Of a stretch of 64,000 nucleotides of DNA, positions 1-10,336 are shown piece after piece. How positions within the stretch are numbered: position 1 is the stretch's first letter; every line of letters starts with the position of its first letter. Where the stretch lies: contig CAWEOB010000003.1 of assembly GCA_963810635.1 (NCBI GenBank), positions 44,736-108,735 of the forward strand, in the 5' to 3' direction. The stretch is from an uncultured Actinomycetes bacterium (lineage in GTDB: Bacteria > Actinomycetota > UBA4738 > HRBIN12). The notes under the pieces were generated by a model, which worked only from the letters and a program-made list of their open reading frames with translations, had not been told where the DNA came from and made no database searches. The position numbers were made by a program, and so were the translations under genes.

Positions 1-171
1 GTCCTGCTCGGGATTCCTCACGAGCGGTTGTGGCTGACGATGGAGCGCAACATGCACTGCGCGGTGAAGCTCTGCGGTCACTGCCAGCTGGGCCCCTGGT
101 TCGTGTGCGCGGACGGCCCCATCTTCCGATGGGATGAGGTCGAGGACCTCATGGAGGTGGAGGAGCTGTGA
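1..171 (+). CDS. Group 3b [NiFe]-hydrogenase gamma (FAD/NAD-binding, 2Fe-2S) subunit, C-terminal part only
   Basis: Frame 1 reads ...ERNMHCAVKLCGHCQLGPWFVCADGPIF..., the typical 2Fe-2S motif; TGA overlaps the next GTG. Confidence 0.85.
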   Translation, partial: VLLGIPHERLWLTMERNMHCAVKLCGHCQLGPWFVCADGPIFRWDEVEDLMEVEEL

Positions 172-1016
172 GCGTGCTGGTGGGGTCCGAGGGCACCGCA
201 GCGCCCGACGAGGCGGTCAAGCCGCGCGTCGCCGTCTTCAAGATGGCCTCCTGCGACGGATGCCAGCTCCAGTTGCTCGATGCCGAGGAGGCGCTGCTGG
301 AGCTCGCCGGCGCGGTGGAGATCGCCAACTTCGCCGAGGCGTCGAGCGGATTGCATCCGGGACCGTACGACGTGACCCTGGTGGAGGAATCCGTGTCCAC
401 GTCCGAGCAGCTGGAGCAGCTGCGAGAGATCCGGGCCCAGTCGCGGTTCCTCATCACGATCGGTGCCTGCGCGACCTCCGGCGGCGTCCAAGCGCTCCGC
501 AACGGCCGAGATGTGGACGAGTACATCCGCTCGGTGTACGCGCGTCCCGCGTTCATCGACACGCTGGCCGAGTCGACGCCGATCGCGGATCACGTCGAGG
601 TGGATCTCGAGCTGACGGGATGCCCGGTGGACCGCGGCCAGCTGCTCGCGGCCCTCGCGTGGCTCCTCCAGGGCTCCGTCGCGCGACCTCCCACCACGCC
701 GGTCTGCATCGAATGCAAGCGCCGGGGCTACGTCTGCGTGATGGTGGCGAAAGGCGAGCCATGTCTCGGGCCCGTCACCCGGACCGGGTGTGGCGCGATC
801 TGTCCGGGGATGGGTCGCGGGTGTTACGGCTGCTTCGGCCCTTCGCAGCCCCCGAACACGGACGCGCTCGCCCGCACGTTCCTGGAGCTCGGCATGGCGC
901 CCGGCCGGGTGGCCGACACGTTCCGCTTCATCACGGGCTACGCCCCCGAGTTCCGGGAGGCCGCGGAGCGCGTCGAGCGACAGGAACGAGAGGACCGGGG
1001 GGAGGCCTCGCCATGA
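168..1016 (+). CDS. Group 3b [NiFe]-hydrogenase small (delta) subunit
   Basis: SCDGC, GACA, GCP motifs and C-terminal CxxC...C...CGAxCP...CYGC Fe-S ligands. Confidence 0.9.
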   Translation: MSVLVGSEGTAAPDEAVKPRVAVFKMASCDGCQLQLLDAEEALLELAGAVEIANFAEASSGLHPGPYDVTLVEESVSTSEQLEQLREIRAQSRFLITIGACATSGGVQALRNGRDVDEYIRSVYARPAFIDTLAESTPIADHVEVDLELTGCPVDRGQLLAALAWLLQGSVARPPTTPVCIECKRRGYVCVMVAKGEPCLGPVTRTGCGAICPGMGRGCYGCFGPSQPPNTDALARTFLELGMAPGRVADTFRFITGYAPEFREAAERVERQEREDRGEASP

Positions 1017-2309
1017 CGCACCGCTCGGTCGAGGTCCCCGTCGTGGCGCGGGTGGAGGGCGAAGGGGCCCTCCACATCCGGGTGGACGACGACGTGATCA
1101 CGCGTCTCGAGCTCGAAGATCTACGAGCCGCCCCGGTTCTTCGAGGCGTTCCTTCGAGGTCGTCACTTCAGCGAGGTGCCCGACATCGTGCCCCGCATCT
1201 GCGGCATCTGCCCCGTCGCGTATCAGATGAGCGCCATCCACGGTCTCGAGCGGCTCTTCGAGGTCGAGGTCCCCGAGGGGACCCGCGAGCTGCGTCGCCT
1301 GCTCTACCTGGGTGAGTGGATCGAGAGCCACATGCTCCACGTGCATCTGCTGGCGCTCCCGGACTTCCTCGGGTTCGACGATGCGATCCAGCTGGCGCGG
1401 GCGGGGTTCGAGGATGTGGTGGCGCGCGGGCTCCGGCTGAAGCGGCTCGGGAACGACCTGATGGCAGCCATCGGTGGGAGAGAGATCCACCCCGTGAGCC
1501 CGCGCGTCGGGGGGTTCTCCAAGGCTGTGTCCCGCCGGACGCTGCGGGCGTTCGTACCCCGGATCGAGGATGCGCTCGGCGAGATCCTCCAGGTGGCCGA
1601 CGTGGTCGCGCCCCTCGAGATGCCAGCGTTCGCGCGCGACGCCGAGCTGGTCGCTCTCACCCACCCGGACGAGTACGCGATCAACGAGGGCTCCATGGCA
1701 TCGACCCGAGGCCGTCGCTGGACCTTCGAGGGGTACGAGGACGTCACCCGCGAGATCCAGGTCGAGCACTCGAACGCGCTCCACTCGGTCTTCACCGACA
1801 CCGAGACCCCGTACTTCCTCGGGCCGCTCGCCCGCGTGATGCTCAACGAGGCGCAGCTCACGCCGCTCGCCCGGGAGGTCGCGCAGCGGTCGGGGTTGCA
1901 GCTCCCCACGCTCGACCCGTTCGCCTCGATGGCAGCCCGCGTCGCCGAGGTGGCGCTCGCCTTGGAGCAGGCGCTGCAGCTGATCGTGGCGTACCAGGAG
2001 CCCGATCCGCCGGAGGCAGCCGTACGGCCGCGGGCGGGTCGGGCGACGTGGGCGACCGAGGCGCCGCGCGGCACCCTCTATCACCGCTACGACGTCGCCG
2101 AGGACGGCACGATCCTCGAGGCGAAGATCGTGCCACCCACCTCGCAGAACCTGCGGCACATGGAGAAGGACCTCTGGGAGTTCCTGCCGGGTGTGCTCGA
2201 TCGGTCGGACGAGGAGCTCACCCGCTTGGCCGAGATGGTGGTGCGCAACTACGACCCGTGCATCAGCTGCGCCACGCACTTCCTCCGGCTCGACATCGAG
2301 CGGGGTTGA
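1013..2309 (+). CDS. Group 3b [NiFe]-hydrogenase large (alpha) subunit; one frameshift near 1116
   Basis: N-term ARVEGEG in one frame; YEPPRFFE, L1 RICGICP and L2 DPCISCATH in the other; short cleavable C-tail. Confidence 0.9.
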
Positions 2310-2316
2310 ACCCAGC

Positions 2317-2778
2317 GTGGGCGGGCGCGTGATCGGCTGCGGGAACCCCGACGCCGGCGATGACGCGGTCGGGCTCGTGGTGGCGAGCGCGGTCCGATCC
2401 CGTGTTCCCGGGAGCGTGGACGTCGTCGAGACGCGAGACCCCTTGCGGGTGCTGGACCTGCTCGACGGCGTCGACCGGGTCGTGGTGGTCGATGCGATCC
2501 GTTCGAGCCCCGGCCTCCGTGAACCCGGGGACCTCGTGCGGGCCGAGGCCGGCGACGACGGTCTCCCGGCGTCGCTCCGCACCTCGCTGTCGTCGCACGG
2601 TCTGGGCATCGCGGAGACGATCGGCCTGGCGGCGGCCGTGGGCCCAACGCCCCGGATCGTGTTCCACGGGGTGGAGGTGGGCTCGGTCGCGGCCGGGAGC
2701 GGACTGTCCCCAGCGGTGGCGGCCGTCGTCCCGGCACTGACGGAGGCGGTCCTCGCCGATGTGGGGGTCGTCGCATGA
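2317..2778 (+). CDS. Hydrogenase maturation endopeptidase
   Basis: IGCGNPDAGDDAVG, VVDA and SSHG motifs; follows the large subunit. Confidence 0.85.
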   Translation: MGGRVIGCGNPDAGDDAVGLVVASAVRSRVPGSVDVVETRDPLRVLDLLDGVDRVVVVDAIRSSPGLREPGDLVRAEAGDDGLPASLRTSLSSHGLGIAETIGLAAAVGPTPRIVFHGVEVGSVAAGSGLSPAVAAVVPALTEAVLADVGVVA

Positions 2779-5060
2779 AGATCGAGGTGACCTCCCTCGA
2801 AGCGCGGCTGATCGAGGTGCACGGCGTGGTCCAGGGTGTGGGGTTCCGGCCGTTCGTCTGGCGTCTCGCGGCGTCGCACGGCGTGACCGGCTGGGTCCGG
2901 AACGAAGGCGGACGCGTGACGATCCACGCCGAAGGCCCGCCGCCGGCGCTCGATGCCTTCGTGTCGTCGCTCCGTGATGATGCGCCGCCGCTCGCTCAGG
3001 TGGACGACGTCCGCTCGTCGCCGGTCGTGCCCGTCGGGTGCGAGACGTTCGACGTCGATCTCTCGGCGGACGTCCCGGGGGGCGAGCGCTTGGTCTCCCC
3101 CGATGCCGCCACGTGCACCGCGTGCCTCGGGGAGCTGTTCGATCCGAACGACCGTCGGTTCCGCTACCCGTTCATCAACTGCACGGATTGCGGCCCTCGC
3201 TTCACGATCATCGAGTCCCTCCCGTACGACCGCGGGCGGACCTCGATGCGCGCCTTCCCGATGTGCGAGACGTGTCGCCGCGAGTACGAGGACCCGGCCG
3301 ACCGCCGGTTCCATGCGGAGCCGATCGCATGCCCCGTCTGCGGCCCCCGGCTCCGGTTGGTCGACACGGCCGGCTCTCCCGTGGGTGGGGACCCCGTGGA
3401 GGAGGCAGCGCGGCTCCTCGGCGAAGGGGAGACCGTGGCGATCAAGGGGCTCGGTGGCTTCCACCTCGCCTGCGACGCCACCGATCCGGCGGCGGTCGGA
3501 CGGCTGCGCATGCGGAAGCTCCGCCCGGACAAGCCGTTCGCCGTGATGGTCGCGGACCTGGACGAGGCGCGACGCTGGTTCGACCTCACGGACGGGGAGG
3601 CCGCAGCCCTCACGTCGTGGCGAGCTCCGATCACGCTGGTACGTGACCGGGGCGAGCTCGCGCCGCCGGTGGCCCCCGGCCACCGGCGACAGGGCGCCAT
3701 GCTCCCGTCCACCCCCCTGCACCACCTGCTGACGCGCGCCGCCGCCGTGCCGCTCGTGATGACGAGCGGCAATGCCAGCGACGAGCCGATCTGCGTCGAC
3801 GACGACGACGCGCTCCGGCGTCTGCGTGGCATCGCCGGCGCGTTCCTGCTCCACGATCGCGAGATCGTGACGCGCTATGACGACTCCGTCGTCCTCGTCC
3901 GGACGGGCGACGTGGGCCTGTCGGTCCTGCGTCGAGCGCGCTCGTTCGCACCGCACCCCATCCCGCTCGCGCGTCCGGTCACCCGCCCGGTCCTGGGCGT
4001 CGGCGCCGAGCTCCACGGGTCGTTCTGCCTCCTCGAGGGTTCCCATGCCTTCCTGTCGCAACATGTAGGCGACCTCGATTCCGAGGAAGCGATGGCGGCA
4101 TACGCCGCCGCGTACGACCGGGCCTGCGAGGTCTTCCAGGTGACACCCGAGGTGGTGGCCCACGACCTCCATCCCGACCTGATGACCACCCGCTTCGCCG
4201 AGGGACTCGGCGTCCCCACCGTCGCGGTCCAACACCATCACGCGCACATCGCCGCGACCATGGCCGAGCACGGGCTCGACGGTGAGGTGCTGGGCGTCGC
4301 CTTCGACGGTCTCGGGTACGGCGACGACGGAACGATCTGGGGAGGTGAGCTCGTGCGGTGCACGCCCGCGCGGTCGGTGCGCGTCGGGCGGCTCCACCCC
4401 GTTCGCCAACCGGGCGGCGACGCCGCGACCCGCCACCCGTGGCGGATGGCCCTGTCGCACGCTGCAGCGGCCGGTGTGCTCGACGACGCGGCCCGCCTGC
4501 TCGGAGCCGATGATCGGGAGGTCGAGGTCGTCCTGGGTCAGCTGCGTTCGGGCCTGGCCTCGCCGGCCACCAGCTCAGCAGGCCGCCTCTTCGACGCGGT
4601 CGCCGCGCTCCTCGGCGTCTGCCGGCACGCGAGCTACGACGGGCAAGCGGCCATGCTGCTCGAGCAGGTGGCCCGGCCCGAGGACCCCCCCGTGCGGCCG
4701 ACGCTCCGCTCTGTGGACGGGTTCCTCGAGATCGAGACCGGGGAGCTGGTCCGCTGGGTGGTGGCTCGGCGAACGGCGGGCGGTGCGGTGGCGGAGATCG
4801 CGGGCGGCTTCCATGCCGCGCTCGCCGGCGCCGTCGCGCGCGCGTGCCTCGAGCTGCACGAGCACGGGGTCGTCGCGGACGACCGTGTCGTGCTGGGCGG
4901 AGGGGTCTTCCAGAACGATCTCTTCACGTCGGCGCTCGTGGGCCGGTTGACGGATGGCGGCCTGCGGGTGTTCCTTCCCAGGGAGGTCCCGGTGGGCGAT
5001 GGCGGGATCGCCCTCGGCCAGGCGTACGTGGCTGCCGCGAGCGGAAGGGGGAGCGACTGA
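2775..5060 (+). CDS. hypF: Carbamoyltransferase HypF
   Basis: GVVQGVGFRPF acylphosphatase domain, two CxxC zinc fingers, KGLGGFHL, QHHHAH, DGGIALGQ. Confidence 0.97.
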   Translation: MKIEVTSLEARLIEVHGVVQGVGFRPFVWRLAASHGVTGWVRNEGGRVTIHAEGPPPALDAFVSSLRDDAPPLAQVDDVRSSPVVPVGCETFDVDLSADVPGGERLVSPDAATCTACLGELFDPNDRRFRYPFINCTDCGPRFTIIESLPYDRGRTSMRAFPMCETCRREYEDPADRRFHAEPIACPVCGPRLRLVDTAGSPVGGDPVEEAARLLGEGETVAIKGLGGFHLACDATDPAAVGRLRMRKLRPDKPFAVMVADLDEARRWFDLTDGEAAALTSWRAPITLVRDRGELAPPVAPGHRRQGAMLPSTPLHHLLTRAAAVPLVMTSGNASDEPICVDDDDALRRLRGIAGAFLLHDREIVTRYDDSVVLVRTGDVGLSVLRRARSFAPHPIPLARPVTRPVLGVGAELHGSFCLLEGSHAFLSQHVGDLDSEEAMAAYAAAYDRACEVFQVTPEVVAHDLHPDLMTTRFAEGLGVPTVAVQHHHAHIAATMAEHGLDGEVLGVAFDGLGYGDDGTIWGGELVRCTPARSVRVGRLHPVRQPGGDAATRHPWRMALSHAAAAGVLDDAARLLGADDREVEVVLGQLRSGLASPATSSAGRLFDAVAALLGVCRHASYDGQAAMLLEQVARPEDPPVRPTLRSVDGFLEIETGELVRWVVARRTAGGAVAEIAGGFHAALAGAVARACLELHEHGVVADDRVVLGGGVFQNDLFTSALVGRLTDGGLRVFLPREVPVGDGGIALGQAYVAAASGRGSD

Positions 5061-5341
5061 TGTGCCTCGGCGTCCCTGGCAAGGTGATCGAGAGCTTCGA
5101 GCGCGACGGGATCCGTATGGGCACGGTCGACTTCGGCGGCATCCGCCGCGAGGCGTGCCTGGAGTACGCGCCCGAGGTTGAGGTCGGCCACTTCGTCGTG
5201 ATCCATGTGGGGTTCGCGATCAGCGTCGTGGACGAACGCGAGGCGGCTCGCTCCTACGCGCTGCTCGCGGAGATGGACAACCTGGAGTACATCGACCTGC
5301 CGCAGGACCCCGACGGTGTCAGCCCGGAGGCGCTCGGATGA
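5060..5341 (+). CDS. hypC: Hydrogenase chaperone HypC
   Basis: MCLGVPG N-terminus, VIHVGFAI. Confidence 0.95.
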   Translation: MCLGVPGKVIESFERDGIRMGTVDFGGIRREACLEYAPEVEVGHFVVIHVGFAISVVDEREAARSYALLAEMDNLEYIDLPQDPDGVSPEALG

Positions 5342-6444
5342 GGTACCTCGATGAGTACCGCGACGACGACCTGGCCCGGTCGCTCCTGGACCGGATCGCG
5401 GTTGCCACGACCCGTCCATGGACGATCATGGAGGTCTGCGGAGGACAGACCCACACGCTGATCCGCCAGGGGATCGATCAGGTGCTCCCTGAGGAGATCG
5501 AGCTCGTCCACGGCCCCGGCTGTCCCGTCTGCGTGACCCCGGTCGCCCTGATCGATGAAGCCATCGCCATCGCGAAACGGCCCGACACCATCGTGTGTTC
5601 CTTCGGCGACATGTTGCGCGTGCCGGGGGTCTCCGAGGACCTCTTCATTGCGCGCGCTGCGGGCGGCGATGTCCGGGTCGTCTATTCGCCCTTGGATGCA
5701 CTCGAGATCGCTCGCCGTCATCCGGAGGCGACGGTGGTGTTCTTCGCCGTGGGCTTCGAAACCACGGCGCCGGCGAACGCGATGGCGGTCAAGCAGGCGC
5801 ATCGTTTGGGGATCGAGAACTTCGCGCTCCTGGTCGCCCACGTGCTGGTGCCGCCCGCCATCACCGCGATCCTGGTGTCCCCCGGTAACCGCGTGCAGGG
5901 GTTCCTGGCGCCGGGGCACGTGTGCGCGATCCAGGGGTGGCGCGAGTACGAGCCCATCGCGCGTGACTTCGGCGTGCCGCTCGTCGTGACGGGGTTCGAG
6001 CCGATCGACCTGCTCGAGGGGATCCTCATGCTGGTCGGGCAGCTCGAGGAGGGCCACGCCGAGGTCGAGAACCAGTACGTGCGCGCCGTGGTCCGCGACG
6101 GCAACGTGGCGGCCCGCCGGGTGGTGGAGGAGGTCTTCGAGACGGCCGATCGTGCCTGGCGCGGGATCGGCGTCATCGAGAAGAGCGGGCTCAAGCTGCG
6201 GCCCGCGTACGAGCATCACGACGCCGAGATCCTGTTCCCGCGCGTCGACGGCCCACCCGCGAGCGAGTCCGAGATCTGTATCGCGGGCGACGTGCTCCGC
6301 GGCAAGGCGAAGCCGCACCACTGTCCCGCCTTCGGAACGGACTGCACGCCGGACCACCCACTCGGGGCTCCGATGGTGTCGACCGAAGGCGCGTGCGCCG
6401 CCTACTTCTTGGCCGGCCGGGTCCGGGAGGAAGCGCCGGCATGA
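5338..6444 (+). CDS. hypD: Hydrogenase maturation protein HypD
   Basis: [33 protein letters not shown] motifs. Confidence 0.97.
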   Translation: MRYLDEYRDDDLARSLLDRIAVATTRPWTIMEVCGGQTHTLIRQGIDQVLPEEIELVHGPGCPVCVTPVALIDEAIAIAKRPDTIVCSFGDMLRVPGVSEDLFIARAAGGDVRVVYSPLDALEIARRHPEATVVFFAVGFETTAPANAMAVKQAHRLGIENFALLVAHVLVPPAITAILVSPGNRVQGFLAPGHVCAIQGWREYEPIARDFGVPLVVTGFEPIDLLEGILMLVGQLEEGHAEVENQYVRAVVRDGNVAARRVVEEVFETADRAWRGIGVIEKSGLKLRPAYEHHDAEILFPRVDGPPASESEICIAGDVLRGKAKPHHCPAFGTDCTPDHPLGAPMVSTEGACAAYFLAGRVREEAPA

Positions 6445-7505
6445 CAGAGCAGCGCGCCGCCGACTTCGCGCTCCAGTGCCCCGTGCCGCTCCCGCCGGGC
6501 GACCACGTCCAGCTCGGCCACGGGTCGGGCGGGAAGCTCACACGCGAGCTGATCCGCGAGCTGTTCGCGCCGGTCTTCGGCGACCCCGAGCTCGCACGCC
6601 TGGGCGATGCAGCGGTGCTGGAGCTCCCAGCCGGGGAGCGGCTCGCGTTCACGACCGACGCCTTCGTGGTCCAGCCGGCGTTCTTCCCGGGCTCGAACAT
6701 CGGCGAGCTCGCGGTGAACGGCACCGTGAACGACCTCGCCATGATGGGCGCGCAACCCTTCGCGCTGTCCGCGGCGCTGATCCTCGAGGAAGGCCTCGAG
6801 ATGGCCGCGCTCGGCACGATCGTGGCGTCCATGGCGGAGGCGTGCGATGCGGCCGAGGTCAGGCTCGTCACCGGCGACACCAAGGTCGTCGAGCGCGGGG
6901 CCGCCGACGGCCTCTACATCACCACGTCGGGCATCGGGATCGTGCCGGCGGCGGTCGACATCGGCCCGGAGCGGGCCCGGCCGGGGGACGTGGTCGTCGT
7001 GACGGGTCCCATCGGCTCGCACGGCGTCGCGGTGATGAGCCGTCGGGCAGGAATCGCGTTCGAGGCGGAGCTCCGCTCGGACACGGCGCCGCTCACGTCG
7101 CTCGTGAGCGCGATGCGCGGAGCGGGCGACGTCCGGGTGCTCCGCGATGCCACGCGAGGAGGCGTGGCCTCGGTCCTCAACGAGCTGGCCGAGGCGAGCG
7201 GTGTGTCGATCACTGTGGAGGAGGCGGCGTTCCCGGTCCTCCCGGCCGTCAAGGCGGCGTGCGAGATGCTCGGCCTCGATCCGCTGTACGTGGCGAACGA
7301 GGGCGTGGCCGTCGCGGTGGTGGGCGCCGCGGATGCCGACGCGGTGGTCGCCGCCGCGCGGTCGGTTCCGACCGGCGCGGCGGCGACCGTCGTGGGCGTG
7401 GTCGAGGCGCCGGGCGGCGGCAGTCCCGTGCGGGTGCGCACGGGGCTCGGCACCACCCGCCCCCTCATCCTGCTGGCGGGCGATCAGCTCCCGCGGATCT
7501 GCTGA
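6441..7505 (+). CDS. hypE: Carbamoyl dehydratase HypE
   Basis: HGSGG, GTVND, GDTKV, RDATRGG, C-terminal LPRIC. Confidence 0.97.
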   Translation: MTEQRAADFALQCPVPLPPGDHVQLGHGSGGKLTRELIRELFAPVFGDPELARLGDAAVLELPAGERLAFTTDAFVVQPAFFPGSNIGELAVNGTVNDLAMMGAQPFALSAALILEEGLEMAALGTIVASMAEACDAAEVRLVTGDTKVVERGAADGLYITTSGIGIVPAAVDIGPERARPGDVVVVTGPIGSHGVAVMSRRAGIAFEAELRSDTAPLTSLVSAMRGAGDVRVLRDATRGGVASVLNELAEASGVSITVEEAAFPVLPAVKAACEMLGLDPLYVANEGVAVAVVGAADADAVVAAARSVPTGAAATVVGVVEAPGGGSPVRVRTGLGTTRPLILLAGDQLPRIC

Positions 7506-7525
7506 GCGCGGGTACCCTCGCCATC

Positions 7526-7876
7526 ATGGCGGTGACCCGCGAACGGTTCGAGGAGCTCGTGGCCCAGGCCCTGGACGAGCTGCCGGAGTGGGTCCGCGAG
7601 GCCATGGACAACGTGGAGATCCTGGTCGAGGACCTGCCGCCTCCGGGCCAGCGGAACCTCTTGGGTCTGTACCACGGCGTGCCCCTCGCCGATCGCGGCA
7701 TCTTCTATACGAACGTCCTCCCCGACACGATCACGCTCTACCGGGCGACGATCATGGCCGTGGCCGGACCGAACGAGGACGCTCTGCGGACGCAGGTCAA
7801 ACGAACGGTGGCGCACGAGGTGGCCCACCACTTCGGGATCAGCGACGAACGTCTCCTCGAGATCGATGCCTACTGA
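7526..7876 (+). CDS. Zinicin-like metallopeptidase
   Basis: LLGLYHGVPL, PDTITLYR, HEVAHHFG motif; TACCCT -10 7 nt upstream. Confidence 0.85.
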   Translation: MAVTRERFEELVAQALDELPEWVREAMDNVEILVEDLPPPGQRNLLGLYHGVPLADRGIFYTNVLPDTITLYRATIMAVAGPNEDALRTQVKRTVAHEVAHHFGISDERLLEIDAY

Positions 7877-8330
7877 CCCGGCACGGGACGACGAACGGTG
7901 GATGCGCCGAGCGCTCGACCGTGCCTCTTCGTGTCAGGCGCACGGGGACGTCCCGATCGGCTCCGTGATCGTCCGCGGCGGCGAGGAGCTCGCCGCAGCG
8001 GGGAACGAGCGCGAGCTCCGGCAGGACCCCACGGCGCATGCCGAGATCCTGGCGCTCCGTGCCGCCGCAGAGGCGACCGGCTCCTGGCGTCTGGACGGCT
8101 GCACGCTCTACGTGACGCTCGAGCCGTGCGCCATGTGTGCGGGAGCGATCGTGCTTGCTCGGACGCCTCGGGTCGTGTTCGGAACCCCGGACCCCAAGGC
8201 GGGTTTCGCGGGGTCGCTCGGGAACCTGCTCCAGGACGATCGGCTGAACCACCGAGCCGACGTCATGGGAGGCGTGCTCGAGCGCGAGTGCGGCGAGCTC
8301 CTCCGTGCCTTCTTCCGCGACCGGCGCTGA
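7866..8330 (+). CDS. tadA: tRNA adenosine(34) deaminase
   Basis: PTAHAE and TLEPCAMCAGA motifs, C-term FF..RR. Confidence 0.92.
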   Translation: MPTDPARDDERWMRRALDRASSCQAHGDVPIGSVIVRGGEELAAAGNERELRQDPTAHAEILALRAAAEATGSWRLDGCTLYVTLEPCAMCAGAIVLARTPRVVFGTPDPKAGFAGSLGNLLQDDRLNHRADVMGGVLERECGELLRAFFRDRR

Positions 8331-8335
8331 CGCGC

Positions 8336-8725
8336 TCAGTGTTCCCGTCGTTCGCGGAACGCGTTGGTGATGCGGTCGGCCACCATCGGGTAGTCGTGGC
8401 ACAGGGAATCGAACTCCCGCGTCGCCATGACCATGAGCCGCATCGGCGACGAGGCGACCACGGTTGCGGTCCGCCGGTCGTGCTCGAGCAGCGCGATCTC
8501 ACCGAAGAAGTCACCGGAGCCGAGCTCGGCGACCGGTTGTCCTTCGCGTTCCACGTCGGCCTTCCCGTCGAGGATCACGAAGAACTCGTGCGGCAGCCGT
8601 CCTTGGTAGAGGAGGTGATACCCGTCCGGCACGTCGACCACATCGGCCCAGCGTGCCACCGTCTCGAGGTCGCGCTTCGTCAGACCTTCGAAGAGCGGTT
8701 GTCCTTCCAGATCGTGTGCATCCAC
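8336..8725 (-). CDS. Stand-alone cyclic nucleotide-binding domain protein
   Basis: GDFFGEIALL...RRTATV phosphate-binding cassette; 129 aa, no HTH. Confidence 0.85.
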   Translation of the reverse strand: MDAHDLEGQPLFEGLTKRDLETVARWADVVDVPDGYHLLYQGRLPHEFFVILDGKADVEREGQPVAELGSGDFFGEIALLEHDRRTATVVASSPMRLMVMATREFDSLCHDYPMVADRITNAFRERREH

Positions 8726-8822
8726 GCCTCGATCCCCCTGGCTCGGCGGGTCCGTCGCACCGCATCATGCCACGGGGGGACCGGACCGGGTCGCCCGGGT
8801 ACCCCTTGCTAGACTCGGCGAC

Positions 8823-8912
8823 GGAGGCGTGCCGGAGCGGCCGAACGGGACCGCCTCGAAAGCGGTTAGGGGCCTAATCCGTCCCTCGCGTGTTCAAATC
8901 ACGCCGCCTCCG
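8823..8912 (+). tRNA. tRNA-Ser(CGA)
   Basis: Acceptor GGAGGCG/CGCCTCC, anticodon arm ACCGC-CT-CGA-AA-GCGGT, long variable arm, T-loop TTCAAAT; TAGACT upstream. Confidence 0.95.
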
Positions 8913-8914
8913 CC

Positions 8915-8945
8915 GATGGGCGGGCCCTGCGGGGCCCGCCCCGTC
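8915..8945 (+). terminator. GC-rich hairpin after tRNA-Ser (terminator or processing stem)
   Basis: GGGCGGGCCC-TGCG-GGGCCCGCCC inverted repeat; no U tract. Confidence 0.5.
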
Positions 8946-8999
8946 GTCTCTCGCGCCGCGACTCAAGGTGCAGGGTCGGGACGCCGTTGCTCTTCCGGG

Positions 9000-9563
9000 A
9001 TGGGTCGCAAGGTCATCGTGATCGTGGTGGTGTCGCTCGCGTGCGCGAGCAGTCTCCACGCTGCCGCCGGCGAGCTCCCTCCGAAAGGTCGTTTCGGCGT
9101 CGGGGACTCCATCATGCTCTCCGCCGAGGACGAGTTCGCGGCGGTCGATACGCCGGTCAACGCCGAGGTCGGCCGGCAGTTCTCCGCGGGGTTGCAGGTC
9201 ATCCGCTGGCGGGTCGCGCACGCGATCGTCCCACGGGTGCTGATCGTGCATCTCGGGACGAACGGTCCCATCGACCCCGCGGACTGCGACGAGCTCGTCA
9301 CCCTGGCGGCACCCCGCAGGGTGTTCCTCGTCACCGTGAAGGTGCCGAGGAGCTGGCGGGAGCCGAACAACCTGATCCTGGAGGCGTGCGCCGACCGCTA
9401 CGAGCGCGCCTACCTGATCCGGTGGTCGGCGTACAGCCGAACGCAGACGACCTGGTTCGCCGAGGACGGCTACCACCTCACCGCCGAAGGACAGCTGGCG
9501 TACGTCGCGTTCATCGACGCGAAGGTCGACGAGACGCTCGAGGAGATCCGAGCGGCGCGCTGA
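9000..9563 (+). CDS. Secreted SGNH-hydrolase (OatA C-terminal-like) protein
   Basis: Signal peptide; GDS, VGRQ, HLGTNG, DGYH blocks. Confidence 0.75.
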   Translation: MGRKVIVIVVVSLACASSLHAAAGELPPKGRFGVGDSIMLSAEDEFAAVDTPVNAEVGRQFSAGLQVIRWRVAHAIVPRVLIVHLGTNGPIDPADCDELVTLAAPRRVFLVTVKVPRSWREPNNLILEACADRYERAYLIRWSAYSRTQTTWFAEDGYHLTAEGQLAYVAFIDAKVDETLEEIRAAR

Positions 9564-9604
9564 CTCCGGGTCGCGGAACCTCGTTCCTCCGGTAGCCTCG
9601 TGCG

Positions 9605-10138
9605 ATGCGTCGCCTAATCGTCGTCGCCATCGTCGCCGTGCTCATGTCGACCGTCGTGCCGGCATCCGGCGGCATCAGGAACGGCAGGAACGCGATCGGC
9701 GACTCGGTCATGCTCGGCGCCAAGGACGAGTTGCGCGACGAAGGGTTCAGGGTGAACGCCGCCAGGTCGCGTCAGTTCCACGATGCGGTCGGCATCGTGC
9801 GGAGCATGCGGAACGCCGGAACCCTGCGGAGGAAGCTGGTGGTGCATCTCGGGACGAACGGCATCATCATCGAGCCCGCGGACTGCAACGCGATCTCCCG
9901 AGCCGCGGGGTCCCAGCGCAAGGTCTTCCTGGTCACGAACACCGGCCCGACGCCGGGCCTCCGCCGGACGCAGAACCGGCGTCTGGTGGCGTGCGCCCGT
10001 CGGAACGAGAACACCTCCGTGCTGGGCTGGTTCGCCTACTCGCGCGGTCACGGAACCTGGTTCTACAGCGACGGGATGCACCTCACCTCCAGCGGGCAGG
10101 ACGCCTATGCGCACTTCATCGACCAGGGCACGTCCTGA
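9605..10138 (+). CDS. Secreted SGNH-hydrolase (OatA C-terminal-like) protein, paralogue 2
   Basis: Signal peptide; GDS, SRQ, HLGTNG, DGMH blocks; TAGCCT 6 nt upstream. Confidence 0.75.
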   Translation: MRRLIVVAIVAVLMSTVVPASGGIRNGRNAIGDSVMLGAKDELRDEGFRVNAARSRQFHDAVGIVRSMRNAGTLRRKLVVHLGTNGIIIEPADCNAISRAAGSQRKVFLVTNTGPTPGLRRTQNRRLVACARRNENTSVLGWFAYSRGHGTWFYSDGMHLTSSGQDAYAHFIDQGTS

Positions 10139-10174
10139 GTCGGGCCGGCCTGCGGCGCTCGGTAGACTCGTCGC

Positions 10175-10261
10175 GGTGGCCTGCCCGAGCGGACGAAGGG
10201 GCACGCCTGGAGAGCGTGTAGGCGGGCAACTGCCTCGCGGGTTCGAATCCCGCGGCCACCG
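10175..10261 (+). tRNA. tRNA-Ser(GGA)
   Basis: Acceptor GGTGGCC/GGCCACC, anticodon arm CACGC-CT-GGA-GA-GCGTG, long variable arm, GGTTCGAATCC; TAGACT upstream. Confidence 0.95.
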
Positions 10262-10336
10262 CCTGGCGGGTTGGGATCCACTGGACGGTGCGCCGGAACG
10301 TCGGGCGTTCCTTCAGCGTCGTGTAATCATGTTTAC

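Noticed and set aside
2250-2309. [NiFeSe] hydrogenase, given selAB
   Set aside because: The L2 motif uses TGC codons (DPCISC) with no TGA
1098-4460. Very long antisense or alternate-frame ORFs (also 42328-45402, 46192-49533, 53352-55898)
   Set aside because: Shadow ORFs caused by high-GC codon bias, overlapping well-supported genes; no recognisable motifs
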